Below are positions 11,348 to 25,660 of a DNA stretch of 64,000 bases, piece by piece. The stretch covers positions 156,116,001-156,180,000 of the forward strand of contig NC_042998.1 of assembly GCF_006345805.1 (NCBI RefSeq). Reading direction: 5' to 3'. The translations under genes and the position numbers were made by a program. The stretch comes from Octopus sinensis (lineage: Eukaryota). The notes under the pieces were generated by a model, which was given only the letters and a program-made list of their open reading frames with translations, was not told the DNA's origin and did no database searches. Each line of letters begins with the position of its first letter. The first letter of the stretch is position 1.

Positions 11348-13288
11348 GGCGCAGGCGTGGCTGTGTGATAAGACGCATTATTCTTCCGAATCACATGGTC
11401 CCAGCTTCAGTCTCACTGGGCAAGAGTCTTTCACTATAACCTCGGGCCGATCAAAGCCTTGTGAGTGGATTTAGTAGAGGGAAAGTGAAAGAAGCCCGTC
11501 GTATAAATATATATATATTCCAACACTTCCGTCGCCTTTCTCGACATTTTGGTCAACATACACCACTCCACTCTCACTACCTCCATCCACTAAAAACACA
11601 TCTACTCACAGTCATATCTCAGCCTCTTCTCCCATCCTACCCACATCCAAGGGTGGAGTGTTGGGATGGGAGGGTGGAGTGTGGGTTTGGGGTGAGGATG
11701 TGAGGGTAAGGGTGGTTATGTAGAAGTGGGATGTGTGGGGTGGGGTGGTGGGGGTGGACTGTGTAGTGAGAACTGAAGAGAGGAAGTAGGTATCAGGGCA
11801 AGAGAGTAGAGGTGGGTAGGAGTTAAGCGAGGAAGTAGGTGTGAGATGAAGAGAGGAGAGAGGAGGGGATTCAGAGGAAGAGGGAGTGGATTTGAGCCCA
11901 TATGGTGCAAAGTATCGAAGGAAGAAGATTAATCCTTGTTTACGGCGAAGTTGGGAGTCCGGATGTTCCCTGTGTTAAGGCAATCCAAACACAGACATGT
12001 GTTGTAATGAATGACCGGTAGAATGGAAATGATGCGAGACCGAGGTGTCATTGCCGAGTCTAATGTCTCTAACCCGTCAGCCAAGCGGTGTCCCATTTGA
12101 CCGATGTACATAGAATGACAGAAAGAGCAGATGCAGTAAATGACGTTGCTAGAAGTGCATATAAAGGAGTCAGTGATATGTTAGGAACGATGATGGGTGT
12201 CTGTGAGGATGGTGGTGTTGGACAGGTTGGGGCAAATGCGGCAGCGTGGGCGGGAGCAGGGAAACGATCCAGATTGGGAGGTGGGGTTAGGGAAGAAACT
12301 GTGAACCAAGAGGTCACGTAGGTGGGCTCGTTTGAAGGAGGAGAAGGGTAGGTTGGGGAAGCTGTGTGAAGTAGAAGGGTCGGACTAGAGTTGCCGGAAG
12401 GATCGGAGAATGGTGCGTTGGAGAGGTAGGGTGGAGGGGTGGTAGTTGAGGGGAAACGGGAGACGGGTAACGGCAGGGCGGGTGCAGGGAGAGAGAGAGC
12501 AGAAGCACGGTCCACGGAATATCCACGAAGAATGAAGTGGTGAGCCATGAGTTGAGACTGAGTCTCAAAGTCATGGTTGTCACTGCAGAGCCTGCGCAGA
12601 CGGAGGAATTGGGAGTAGGGGATGGAGAGCTTGGTGTGGGTAGGGTGGGTGGAGAGGTTGAGATATGACTGTGAGTAGATGTGTTTTTAGTGGATGGAGG
12701 TAGTGAGAGTGGAGTGGTGTATGTTGACCAAAATGTCGAGAAAGGCGACGGAAGTGTTGTAAAAGGTGCAGCAGAATTCGAGGGCAGGATGGAAAATTGG
12801 ACAAAAGAGAGGAAGGACAACTCACAGTCATATCTCAACCTCTCCTCCCACCCTACCCACACCAAGCTCTCCATCCCCTACTCCCAATTCCTCCGTCTGC
12901 GCAGGCTCTGCAGTGACAACCATGACCTTGAGACTTAACCTCAACTCATGGCTCACCACTTCATTCTTCGTGGATATCCCCTCACCACCAGAGAACGTTC
13001 TGTGGACCGTGCTTCTGCTCTCTCTCCCTGCACCCGCCCCGCCGTTACCCGTCATCAATAAACGACCGTGTGTATGACTTTCTGTCTTCTCCCTATCACC
13101 GCTTGACAACCAGTGTTGGTGTTTACGTCCCCGTAAACTACCGGTTCGGCAAAATGAGACCGATAGATCAAGTACTAGGCTTTAAGAAATCGATCCTGGG
13201 GTCAATTTGTTCGACTAAATCCCTTTGAGACGGTGCTCCAGCATGGCCACAGTCAAATGACTGAAATAGTAGAAGAATTACAGAATAA
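11348..13288 (+). mobile_element. SINE family A split by a PLE insertion in its internal TA tract
   Basis: Head at 11348-11517 (ggcgcaggcgtggctgtgtg...gaaagaagcccgtcgtata); tail at 13065-13288 (cttgacaaccag...ggtgctccagcatggccacagtcaaatgactgaaa). Confidence 0.85.
11518..13055 (-). mobile_element. Rearranged Neptune-type PLE fragment (RT thumb to GIY-YIG on minus, flanked by inverted duplicates)
   Basis: Minus 12822-11646 encodes the RT thumb, Cys linker and YIGQMGHRLAD. Plus-strand pieces 11518-11645 and 12820-13055 (SQSYLNLSSHPTHTKLSIPYSQFLRLRRLCSD) are inverted copies of its 5' part. Homologous to 6980-7970. Confidence 0.88.
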
Positions 13289-13289
13289 T

Positions 13290-13381
<92 letters not shown>

Positions 13382-13915
13382 ATTATATATTATATATATA
13401 TATATATATGTATGTATATGTGTGTGTGTGTATGTGTGTGTGTGTGTGTGTGTGGTGTGTGTATGTTTGTATGTATGATATATGGATACGTGTATGTATG
13501 TATGTCTTTCTTTAGTTAATTTTAAGTAATTTCTTATTCTCTCTTATTTTCCAAATGACACCTTTGCTTTTCAATATTTTTCTTTCTCTAATACGTGTGC
13601 TCGTATGATAATGCAATATAAATATACACCTATACACAAACATAGAGCCGGTGTTTTAAATTTAGACATAAAATCAATATTGTGAAATAGCATGGCGATT
13701 CTTCTGACGTCAAAGTAAGCCGTTGCTAAGGTTTGTGTGACGACTTACGACAGCGATGTTTACGACAACGATCACTATGATTCCTTTTAATTGTCATTTC
13801 GTGGTTTTGTCGGATAAAGAATTGTGGTGCTGTGCTCTAGAAATATAGTTGCTGTGGCAAGATAGGAGCATATAGTATTGGACGAGCAACCTAATTTAGT
13901 TAAGATGACGTATGC

Positions 13916-13939
13916 GATCATCATCATCATCATCAGCAT

Positions 13940-13975
<36 letters not shown>

Positions 13976-13990
13976 AGGCAGCAATAGTGA
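13916..13990. repeat. (CAT)n(CAG)n trinucleotide microsatellite
   Basis: Read directly from the sequence. Confidence 0.95.
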
Positions 13991-16900
13991 CAGCAGCAAC
14001 AGTAAAGTTACAGCATTAGTAAAGTAGTAGCAGTAATGATTCAATGCAGCTGGCATATGCATTTCTTCATTCTATTTTTAATGGAAGTTTGGACGTGTTT
14101 CGCTGTTATGATGTTATTTAGTATTGTATCTACTCTGAGTAGGCCTGTTATAGGCCTGTAATAAAGTTATGCATTAGGCGCTACATTCTGCAATGTATCT
14201 AGTTGAAAAGAAATTTAGTTGTTATTGCTTGCAGTTTGAGTGACTGCATAAAATGTTTTTTGTTGGCTCGTTCGTTAGATTTACTGACGTCATTTTATGT
14301 TTCTAGATCTGACCTAGTCAAGTATAGGATATGGCACGCTGTTAGTTGGTTCAACGGCTAAGAGCTACACTAGTGACTTATTTATCTAGTGATACCATGT
14401 TTCTATCTAACTGAGGACTGTATGGTACACTCTGACTTCAGTGATGAGTTATATGGGGTGCAGTGTGACAGTCTAGAGATATTACATTTTACCGATATGT
14501 CTGTCATGATGTTTAGGATGCAATCTTAGTAATGCTCAGAGCTTTTCCACAGGTGACTGGATCTTTAGATGCGATTTTTCATATGGGACTGTGATGGGTA
14601 AGTTTGCCCAATCTGTGCCACTCACATGTAGTTTCATTTTGTATTTTTATTAGTGTTGTTGGAGCTATTGTTACACTCAATATTGTACTCTCTTTCGTTC
14701 TCTCTCTCTCTTACACAGACATGTTTAGGGTGACACAATGGTCATAGAACTGAAAAGGTCAAAGTTCTTATATAAATAATAATTTATTTATGAAAAATTA
14801 TACTATAATTTATTATATTATAAAAGTTATAATAAATAAATTAAAGTTTCAGTCACTTCTTGGTGTAATTACAAAATTATAATAACTAATCAATGAAAAA
14901 TATCAACACTTGTTACGAGTTTGCAGTAACACAAACTACACAGCAGCGATTTTTTGTTTTGGGGTTTATCACGAAACGAAGGACAACATCTTTACTATTC
15001 GGATTTTTGGCATGTCGTCTATGCATGGCAATTAATCCCTAAATTGTCCGTTGCTCACCATGGTATCCCACAAATAAATCTCGATCATTCCCACAGTTTG
15101 GGAAAATGGCGTTCACAGTCCACACTACCTACAGGTAATATTATAACACTTTGAAGCAGTTTGAACAGTTCAAAGAAGTTACGTCTTGTAGGGATGTAAT
15201 TTGGTCAGTAAATTCAAAATATGTCTTCTGCTCTATGACACGCATTGTACAGTGGTATTCTGTCTTCACTCGTTCAAGTTTGGTAAGATATGTCTCAAAT
15301 TTCAGACCATCAATGTTGAGAAACTGGTCACTTTTGGAATTAAGATGGATTTCCCACCAAAATGTGGTACTGGAGCTCTGAGTAAATTTAATCCAAAACA
15401 CGAATAAAGATAACACTACGAAAATCGGTGAAAAGATCCTTTTTTTATTTCTTATCAGCCGATTTCCTGCAACCTCAATGACCACAAAGATGCACTCAGT
15501 GAGGTTGTTAGAAACCGGAAATTTGTCTCATAATTTTGCCCATATTCCAAATATCTTCGTCATCCATCTTGTTTCGCGTCACATTACGACTCTCCATGCA
15601 ACTGGATGTCACTTCACTTACATTCATATCCAGTAAAGAAGATAACAGCAGTTTTACTAGATGCTTAGTTCGTAGCAGAACTTGTTCAAAGAGGGCAAGG
15701 GGAATACAAACTTTTGTAGACAAAAGTGATAGAAAGGTCTTACCAATTTATCGATTTACTTTCATATTGTTTTTCAGATGGCTTGGTAACCTCCCATAAA
15801 TATGAAAGAATATCCAAAATAAACTGGAGAGTACTATGCACAGCATAAAATTACTTCACAAGCCAGCTTGTATTGGACAAGTTTTTTCAACTCCATTACT
15901 TGTCCACATTTTTTTGCCTGTAACCATATGAAGTTATGATGTGCTTAAACATGTGGACAGGTAGATTTGGAATTTTCATCACACTACATTAAGTCGAAAA
16001 ATTATCTCACAACCATAGCATTTTAATGCTATCACAGCTATTATAGATTGAGTCGATAGGCATGTCAGCGGACATAGACTGCTAATGGGATAAGAGCATG
16101 CAGCTTTAGTTGATTATCGGGGATCTTTGGACCATGACTGAAGCACCATCATAACTTTGAACAACATATAACTAGTCGTCTATACCAATAAATTTTAGTA
16201 CTGACTCTTTGAACGGCAGAAGTGATTCGGTGTCGAGTTTAAAAGTTACCTGATATCTAATAAATTCTTCACAGATACCATTGCCAAAATCTTCATGCAG
16301 AACAAATGAAAGCTGTTTGGTTTATGAAATGTCCTTTCTTTCATCTACAGTTACTGCGAAGAACCAGGTTTAGACACTTCTCGAACTATCGCTTATTTGT
16401 TTATTATGGCCATGACAAAAAAAACAAAAAAACAACAACAACTTATTCTGAACATAGTGACAAATATTTTGTATTACAGAGGACCTTCATTATCTGCTCA
16501 CTGACGATATCATCATGTGTTGATAACATTCCTCGCATATTGCCATATACTTGCCCACCTTTCTGTCCTCTTCGAGAACTCAGTTGTAGTGCCGTTAATT
16601 ATAAAAGCCAAAATAGTTAGGTAGCAACTAATTTCACGAACTTGCTTCGCCTAGACGTTTTCTTTTCTCAAAGTTTTTGGTTATCTTTTTATACAAAAGT
16701 TGCAGTTACGTTAAATTGAAGTTTTGGCAGATAGCCAAAGCAACCATCTCCTTCTAGCATGCTTTCAATCGGGTATGACTCTTAATGAATGACTGTCCAG
16801 TAAATATCGATAGCAGAAACAATATAATGCATTTTGATAAACTGTAATCTGAACATAGATATAATTATAAATCATATCTATAGACTCAGGATTGAAGCTT

Positions 16901-18430
16901 CGATAATTTGAGCCAAGCAATGTTTGCGAAAATTTTCTGAGCTGCGGTTGAGAGGTTTCGTCGCTTTGGTAGTTGCTGTCTACAAGATAAGAATCACCTC
17001 TCTGCAGAGCCACAATTGTCATTTAAGTGAAAGGTTTTCCGATTCCTGAGCACTGTGCAACTTGGTTGATATTCTTTGGTATCTATAACGGCGCGTCTTC
17101 TAAATCTGTTGAATCAGAATACATTGTGTCATCTGATGAAAATATTATAATTCAGAAGTTAGGATTTTGAAGGCCTTTAGACTGAAGAATGTTTAACATC
17201 TTCTGTGGCTGCATTAAGATTCTTTCTACTGAATTGTGTGTCCATTACACACTGGATTTGTAATAAGAATCAATACAGGCAGTTCATAAATGATTTTCTT
17301 TAAAAAATATGAGGTCTGAATGTGAATTGACAATATTTGATATCATTTTTGATACTTATACATCATTGTCGTTTCAAAAAGATTTCAATCGGAAGCACAG
17401 GGAAGAAGTGATTTATTCCTCCTTGAATCGAATATATTAATAATCATGGCAACATCTTCACACAGATTTGTATTTGCATACGTCCGTTTAATAAAAATCA
17501 AAGCCAAAGAATTCAGAGAATCTTGTCTCATGATGCTGCATAGATAAACTCTTCAGTCTTCTGGAGCACTGAAAGAACTCTAAGACGAAGCGCAGGTAAA
17601 ATTCGAACACTAGTTGTCTAGATATTGCAGTCTCAGAATATATATATATATACACTTACATGACACGATTGGTAGATATATGTATTGGCAATATGCCGAC
17701 CTTTCGACATGAAAACTGAGAGGAAATTATATAAGTGTGTATGTACCAAATTTAGCATGCAATAACGTCCTGGCTTCATGTATGTCCAAACTGAAGAGAT
17801 CAAAAACCTCCCAGTTGTTATTATCAAAGACACAAATGAATATGTATTTCTTCAAATAAACATCTCGATTCCTTAAAACAAAAATCCTCGCATAAAAAAC
17901 AAAACAAAACATAAATACAAAAATCATGAAGTAGATCTGAAAGATTTCAAAATGTGAATATGGAATTAAATCCAGAACCAATAATAATCGCTTCCAACGG
18001 AAGGTTCGAGAGGGATCCTCGGATCAGATTGTCCGACTACTACCAACATTAACAGAGATTCTTACGCAATAGACAGGTTTGTCGCCTTTACTCAGCTACG
18101 TCTTTCCACAGCTCCTCTCTTTGATGTAACTACAGTCATGGATCATGCATAGATCAAGACAGGCTGTCTACTATCTAGAACGCTGCCAAGCACTGATAAT
18201 TCTCTACCAATTGTCGCAAAGGTAGCGGAATCACTGGAATTTTTTTTCATTGAATGAATTCCTGTGACCTCCTAATATTGCAAAATTAGGTTACTTAAGA
18301 TGAGCCTGGAAGCTGATGGTTTTGGAGTCTTGTTGTTTGTAACTTTTGGTGAGCCATGGTGCAACCAACAACATGGTAAAAATCTCTGCCATTAATTTGG
18401 TGTGGATGGGTAATCAAATAATTCAAACAC

Positions 18431-18647
18431 ACTCTTTACTCTTTTACTCTTTTACTTGTTTCAGTCATTCGACTGCGGCCATGCTGGAGCACCGCCTTTA
18501 GTCGAGCAACTCGACCCCGGGACTTATTCTTTATAAGCCCAGTACTTATTCTATCGGTCTGGTTTGCCGAACCGCTAAGTGACGGGGACGTAAACACACC
18601 AGCATCGGTTGTCAAGCAATGCTAGGGGGACAAACACAGACACACAA

Positions 18648-18680
<33 letters not shown>

Positions 18681-18851
18681 CATATATACGACAGGCTTCT
18701 TTCAGTTTCCGTCTACCAAATCCACTCACAAGGCATTGGTCGGCCCGGGGCTATAGCAGAAGACACTTGCCCAAGATGCCACGCAGTGGGACTGAACCCG
18801 GAACCATGTGGCTGGTTAGCAAGCTACTTAACACACAGCCACTCCTGCGCC
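18431..18851 (-). mobile_element. Full-length SINE family A
   Basis: Very similar to 10092-10503, with A/B boxes, internal microsatellite and (AGTAAAAG)n tail. Confidence 0.92.
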
Positions 18852-19014
18852 TATATATTTAATTTAAAAATGAATTAAAAAAATGAAATATCATCACTTA
18901 CATGGAAAAATTGAAATATTATCTTTCAGTATTTTACAAGTTAAAATCTTAAATTATTAATTGACACATTATTGATTATCTTATAAAAACAATGCCTGGA
19001 AAAATCATGGATTA

Positions 19015-19499
19015 CATGGAAAAATGCGAACATGAAAAGTCATATTCCTAAGATTATAAACCGGGAAAAGTACAGGACAAGTTATTACACCTGTAAAAGT
19101 ATAGGACAAGCTATTACTTCTAGTAAAGTAAAGAATAAGAATATTTTTACTTAAAATATTGCAGCTAAAATTAAAATATGAATATAAAAACTTATTTTAT
19201 TATAGTTTACAAATAACACTATACTTATTTAAGTAGAATTTGGCTAATTTACTACCTTAAATATAGAAAAAAGTGACGAATTAGACAAACTTACAAAAAG
19301 ATGAGAACTGTAAAAAGCGATAAATTAGAAGAACTGGCATTCTTTGCTGCAATATTTTAAGTAAATAAGAAGTTTCTTATTCTTTACTTTACTAGAAGTG
19401 ATAGCTTGTCCTATACTTTTACAGGTGTAATAACTTGTCTTGTACTTTTCCAGGTTTTAATCTTAAGAATATGATTTTTCATGCTTGCATTTTTCCATG
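19015..19499. mobile_element. MITE with about 155-bp TIRs, TA flanks
   Basis: CATGGAAAAATGC...ATATTGCAGC (19015-19165) is the reverse complement of 19345-19499 (...GCATTTTTCCATG); TA on both sides. Confidence 0.85.
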
Positions 19500-19934
19500 T
19501 AATATAGATATATACGTACGTGAGTGTGTATGTGTATGTGTGTGTGAGTGTGTGTGTGTGTGTGCGTGTGTGTGTGTGTGTGCGTGTGTGATAAGTTTCA
19601 TGTCGAAAACGAGTAATGAGGACAGAAACAACTCTAACAAGTTTGACGTAAGAAGAGGGCAACGTTCAAACAAAAACCCGTTGAACTGGAAAGTCATAAA
19701 GTACAAACATAGGAATGGCACACACACAAACACACAGTCCACAGATAAAAATCTTACGACATAGTTAATTTGTTTTCATTATTTACAATTTTTCTATGTA
19801 CAGATAAACATTTTTTACAATACAGCAATCCCTCGAATATCGCGGGTGTTTCCCCACCCCCACACACACGATAAGAGAAAATCCACAAAGCAGAAATAGT
19901 ACTGTACAGTATATTTTTATATTTTCATAATTTG

Positions 19935-20148
19935 TATATTCTTTTATTCTTTTACTTGTTTCAGCCATTTGACTGTGGTCATGCTGGAGTACCGCCTTTA
20001 GTCGAACTAATCGACCCCAGGACTTATTCTTTGTAAGCCTAGTACTTATTCTATCGGTCTCTTTTGCTGAACCGTTAAGTTACGAATACGCAAACATACC
20101 AACATCGGTTGTCAAGCGATGGTGGGGAATAAACAGACACACAAGCAT

Positions 20149-20181
<33 letters not shown>

Positions 20182-20469
20182 ACGGGAAGCTTTATGAAAA
20201 TAGACAAAAGACGAAGGCAGGTGGAAAACAAACAAACAATTGTATTAGTATGGTGCTCAGGAAATATAAATAAAACAAGTCTTTAACGTTTCGAGCCTAC
20301 GCTCTTCAACAGAAAGATACACAGAGAGAAAAAAAACACAGAAAGAAGGAGAGAAAAAAAATGCGTGCAGTAACTAAACGAATCAACATGGCGATCTGAT
20401 TTCGGCCAGAAGTCAAAGATCAAACATGAGACGCGAGAGCGAAATAAGGGGAGATAATAGGGTTGAATG

Positions 20470-20510
<41 letters not shown>

Positions 20511-20679
20511 GACGGGCTTCATTCAGTTTCCGTCTACCAAATAACAAATCCACTCTCAAGGCTTTGGTCGGCTCGAGGCTATCGTAGAAGACACTTGCCC
20601 AAGGTGCCACGAAGTGGGACTGAACCCGGATCCATGTGGTTGGGAAACAAACTTCTTACCACACAGCCACGCCTGCGCC
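19935..20679 (-). mobile_element. SINE family A split by a PLE pLTR insertion
   Basis: Tail at 19935-20150 and head at 20510-20679, with (TA)n on both sides of the insert. Confidence 0.9.
20181..20472 (-). mobile_element. 5'-truncated solo pLTR of the Neptune element, with the U6 hammerhead-like motif at 20280-20317
   Basis: Reverse complement of about 4195-4481, nearly identical. Confidence 0.93.
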
Positions 20680-21499
20680 TATATTTATTTTATCATAAAT
20701 GCAAAACAACACCACACACTCGCCTCCCGAGTTTCGTTTTCCATTCAGTATGTGCGATTCTTTACTCATCTACGGTGCACTACGTATTTTCTTTTAATAT
20801 ATTTTAATTAATGTGTTACACAATGCAGTACTATACCGTATTTTTAGTTATCAATTTATTAATTTTTAAGCGTGAAAATGCTTATTTTACCACAGAAATA
20901 ATCAAAATCTAAAAAAAATATAGATATACTGAGGAGTCCGCGATATAAATTTACGTACATTAGCCAAAAAAATCCTGTACTGAGGGCGCAATAGGTAAAC
21001 CGCGATATTACTGTATAATTAATTTGTTGTTAAGGTTATCTCTATAGATTTTCTATAGAAATTACAGCCAGCACTGATTTTGTTACGTTTCGTATCCGAC
21101 GCCAGATATAAACAACGAGATCGAAGATGTAAAACGGGTAATGGGCTTGAATTTCGTATGTTATGGCAGAACTTTCTCCGGATCGAAACTTGGATGCCTT
21201 CGCTCCTTTTTCAACCAAGGTTTTCTCATTCAGTTTTGATGCTAGGAGTTCTAAAGCCATTTTATTTATCGTCTCAGATCTCATGCCATATCATTCAACT
21301 CGTGCTAATCAAATACCTTAAGAGATGAGTCATCATCAATTTCAAAATCTGTATCGTTACTGTCATTGAGTTCTTCATCATGATCTGCATATTCAAAAGA
21401 AGGGAGCTGAACGAAAACTGACACTGGGATTTCAGCTGAAAGAGGCACTGGACGTTTAGCTGACGGTGTTTTACACAGTCGGTTATAACTTGTACATGT

Positions 21500-22260
21500 C
21501 TTACATTACTTTGAATTGCATGAGAAGGGAGATGGCTAGTTAAGTTAACATTTGACCTGGTGGCAAGGTCACATTTGGGACAGTGATAGTTTGCAAGATT
21601 ATTCGTATTTTGATAATTTCGTTTTCTGTTTTCATGCAACTGGTTATTATAGTTTATTCCTTGTACTTCAAAATTTAGTAGTCCTATATGGCGCCATCTT
21701 CTCCAGTTGTTTTGGTATTTTGCAATATCCTCCCAGTCATTACCTTTTATATTGAGTCATTTTAAATTATCCTTAAATTTGTCTTTATTTCGCAGTCTAC
21801 CAACCATACGACTTCAATTGCCTATAAAAGACTTGCTATGGAATTCTATCATCATTCACTCATAAAATATGACCCAACCACCTCAGTTGGGTCATACCAG
21901 GGACATTACACATAGAAAAAACATCACTTCCTCATTCTATCATTCCATTTTATTTTGCATATTTATCTCAAGACACCCATATGAAAGCTGTTTAATTGAT
22001 TAATATGCTTCCAAGAGGGGGTTCAAGTCTCTGTACTACACAAGAGAAATGTCATGACGATTGCTTTATAGATTTCAATTTTGGTTTTAATAGAGACCTC
22101 ATGGGCATTCCAGAGTCTCTGGGACAGTTTGTCAAAAGCTGAACTTGCTTTGCCTATATGAATTACAATTTCTTTATCAAACTTTCACGTAATTTGTTAC
22201 AGTAGAGTCGAGAGAGGTGAAAAAACTGACAGTTTTTAGTGCTTTTCCTTCTACAAACAC
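21500..22260 (-). mobile_element. RTE-clade LINE 3' relic
   Basis: Minus-strand reading IGKASSAFDKLSQRLWNAHEVSIKTKIEIYKAIV..., and a terminal C2H2-like YHCPKCDLATRSNVNLTSHLPSH; many lesions. Confidence 0.7.
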
Positions 22261-22699
22261 TATAAACATAATCTTCGGGCTATTACCAGGACACAGTTGA
22301 AAGAGGAGTTATATGTATGCATGCATGTATGTATGTATGTATGTATGTATGTATGTATGTATGTATGTATGTATTTATTATGTCTACCTAGATACACACT
22401 CACACACATATACATAAATAAATATAAATTTTTACTGGCAGAAGTTACCCTGGGACTCAAGGACCTAGTGTTCTATTCAAGTTACATTGAGAAAACAAAG
22501 ACGAAAACTCACAGATCAGTTCAAATAACACTTATATCCCCTTTAAATATATAAAATGACGAAGCACAAATTTCTTCACATTTAGTTCATCACACTCCAA
22601 CCGGTTTTCGTTGTTTGAGCTAATCTTTCATGGGAAACGAGGAAAATTGTCATTTAAGTATCTTTTTAAAAAGCATTACCTCTCGTCTTTTTCTAATAG

Positions 22700-23400
22700 T
22701 GTTCTGTGTTATACAACAACTTTTACTTTGTTGGAAAAATCATTAAGATATCGTACCTAACAAATTTGTGTTTATTTTATAGAATGTTTTAAAAATTTAC
22801 ACACAATGGAAAATAGTGAAACAATGTTTGACTAAAATTTATACAAATTAATTTTATTCACACAAAGGATATTGTTTCTGTGAGTTGAATTGTGTGCAAG
22901 GACACTTGATTTTACAATTGTTTTTCTTGTTATATCCTGAATTATTAGTCTGTGCAATATTTTGGTTCTCGCCAAATCATAAGTATATCAAATGCCAACT
23001 CATCACTTGCTTCTTTGGTCCATATCCGTAAACTCTACATACACTGCTTACACACCTTGTGAGGGGACCAAGACTTGTCTTGGTCAACAACTTTTACTTT
23101 AAATTATGCAAAATAGCTTGGCTTCACAAATACTCTGATGTTTGACGTTTAACTGGGAATGGTGAAACTGCCACAGATATAAGAAAATGAATCAGGGTTG
23201 TTTAGGCACTTACGACAAGAAGTAACAAAAGGAGATATGATCTGAAAGAAAGGAAATAAGTATGGAATAAAAAAATAAGTTGAATAGTCACAAGCTTATA
23301 AAAACAAAACAAAATACTTACATGATATCTGCTAACTCCTTGCATACAGACTTTTATGTATTATTTGCAGAATACGATAGTAATCACCTATATAGAGTGG
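22700..23400 (-). mobile_element. Chapaev3-like (CMC superfamily) transposase relic, N-terminal part
   Basis: RKCLNNPDSFSYICGSFT...FKVKVVDQDKSWSPHKVCKQC..LRIW...FDILMIWREPK (23215-22960) matches the Cys-rich N-terminal motifs of Chapaev3 transposases. Boundaries are approximate. Confidence 0.75.
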
Positions 23401-25051
23401 CCATGGGGGCCTGTAATCACTATTCCAGAAAAATATGTGTATTCTGCATAAGTATGTATGGATATGCATTCAAAAATGAATATACATACATATATATTCA
23501 TACAAATACATCATAGATACCTATATATTCACACAAATACTCCATAAGAAAGAAGAACAGGGTAGAAATTTAGGCCTCAAACCTTAGGACAGAATTCCTC
23601 CACACTTCAAACCACAAGTTCACTCACTTCAAAGCCTTGTCATCTCTCCTCCACTACACAAATCTGTTCTTCAGTCTTTTAACTTCGAATCCTCTGCGTT
23701 ACCGCACTTCTCACTACCATATCTTGATTACATTCGTGTAATTTCAAGCATCTTAGCACCAAGTCAGCCTCCAGTTTCCATCTTGAAACAATAACTTGAC
23801 TCTTAAGAATTGAAAACCAGCTGCGATGACTTTCTTTGACTGGAGATTTTAAACTAGCTTTAGGGTGCCATGCTTTTCAAAACGCAACCTAAAGTCAGCA
23901 AATCTGAAAAATTCGCACTCCTTATCAACAAAATAGTAAAAGCAATTAGCTGACCAATCCTATAACTTACGGACAAACAGCACAATTGTGGAAAATGAAG
24001 CTTGAGGTGATAGAAGAAAACTGACTGTAGTTTTGAAATCAGCATGCCAATTTTAATAAAGTGAAAAATTGAACTCACCAGAAATTATGTTCAAAATTGT
24101 AATTGTTTGTTATATAAAAACAAGGCCTGGGATTTGCTGGGAGGGTTTAGTCAATTGATCATCTATAATACTTGACCGGTGTTTTAGTTTATCGACCCAA
24201 GACAAAGATGATCTCTGAGCGATTTGAGCTCTGTGTGTAAAGAGTTGAAACAAACACCGCGAGGCATTTTTAGAACGCTGCAATGACTCTGCCAAACGAC
24301 TTCTCTTTTTCACGGGAATTAATAATCAGATTTTATAACCAGTTTATATATGTGTATGTGTGTGCCAAAACTATCCCCAAAAGATTTAATGTGTCGACCT
24401 AACGGAATTTTTCTATAACTTTTATAACTTATTTTGCTTTCGGTATACCGTATTTCGTTTACGTGGTGGGAACTCAGTTTGTTCGAGGTAGTCTTTGAGG
24501 TATCTACAACAATGTTATAAATTAAACTATTAGAGTTTTACTTAAATATTTATCTATTCTTGATCTTGAACTGTTAGTTTTTAGTCAGAAATAAGCATGA
24601 ACCATAATTTGGTCTTAAGTATTTCGTCACAATGAAGTTAAAAATTTGTTTTTGTAATTATGATGACTTGATTTTCAGAAACTTCTTAATATTCCAAACT
24701 TTATGTAAAAGAAGTAACATAGTAAAATATGTTTATAGTGAATTTAGGTGGCGTGTTGGCAGAAGAGTTAGCACACCGGACAAAGTGCTTAGAAGCATTG
24801 CGTCCGCCTTTTAATATATATAAAATCAACCCAGCGTTTTAAGCGCATGTATATACAGACATATATGCAGAGTATATGCAGGCACACGTACGTATATTAT
24901 GTCCTACACACTCACACATGCAGGCAGAGGTGTCTTTTCACTCTGTCTGTTACGTTTTTTTCTTTCCCCTCCTCTATACATATTTACCACACTCTCTCAC
25001 TCTTTCTTTGTATATGAATATCTCTCATGCTGAGTGTATATGTTTGCATGT

Positions 25052-25660
25052 CATTATTCAGTTTTATTTCAAGATTTCTTGCCAATAGAGGAAGAGCCGG
25101 TTTATAAACTAGATCCAGGTCTTCTTCATTAAAATTTCAGCATCAACAGGGTATTTTTGTTTGTATGCATGTATGTATGTACATATGTATGTATATGTGC
25201 AGATTTGTATGTTTTGTTTTATGTATGTATTCTCATTACATATTTAGACATGCTCATATATATTTAAATGATAAACTTCTGGAAAGTTTTACAGTGTCTT
25301 ACAGTTCAAGTGATGGATTGGATCTATAGTCTTCGAATCAGCTTTATTCTTTCTGGTTTTGAGAAGCCTAATTTCTCGAGATGGGTTTTTAGGCAGTGTG
25401 TTACATATCCTAGGATCCCAATAATTATAGGTATAAACCTGAACTTATAATCTGAATAGAGTAACTGCAAATCTCTCAATAGTTCTTCAGCTTTATGTTA
25501 ATATCTGCTGGGCAGGTAATTTCCATAACTGTACACAATTTCTTTTTCTCTATCCCAAATCATTATATCAAGTCTGTTGTGCTTACATTTTATTGAGGTC
25601 TTCACTGGAACAATCCCCCAGTACTCCTTTTCATTATGAGTGGCTATAGCTTCTACCACA
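25052..25660 (-). mobile_element. R4/Dong-like (REL-endonuclease) non-LTR retrotransposon 3' fragment
   Basis: EYW..VPVKTSIKCKHNRLDIMIWDREK...EITCPADI...FIPIIIG.LG..., stop at 25264-25266, then a 3' UTR; resembles a PD-(D/E)xK domain. Confidence 0.8.

Larger units (their letters stand above)
19823..21013. mobile_element. Tigger/pogo-like non-autonomous DNA transposon hosting a SINE
   Basis: TA|CAGCAATCCCTCGAATATCGCGG ... CCGCGATATTACTG|TA (right TIR internally deleted). Confidence 0.65.

Noticed and set aside
13693-13721. Possible plus-strand first exon ATGGCG...AAA|GTAAGC with a CRE (TGACGTCA)
   Set aside because: Only 8 codons; phase incompatible with the next candidate (14552-14596); no other support.
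13787-14062. Poly-Leu/poly-Gln ORF
   Set aside because: CAG/CAT microsatellite without coding context.
14950-18400. Complex sequence possibly from old LINEs
   Set aside because: No motif could be read with confidence; left unannotated.
23213-23240. Apparent minus-strand micro-exon with strong splice signals
   Set aside because: Lies at the 5' end of the Chapaev3-like relic; the apparent intron encodes transposase motifs.
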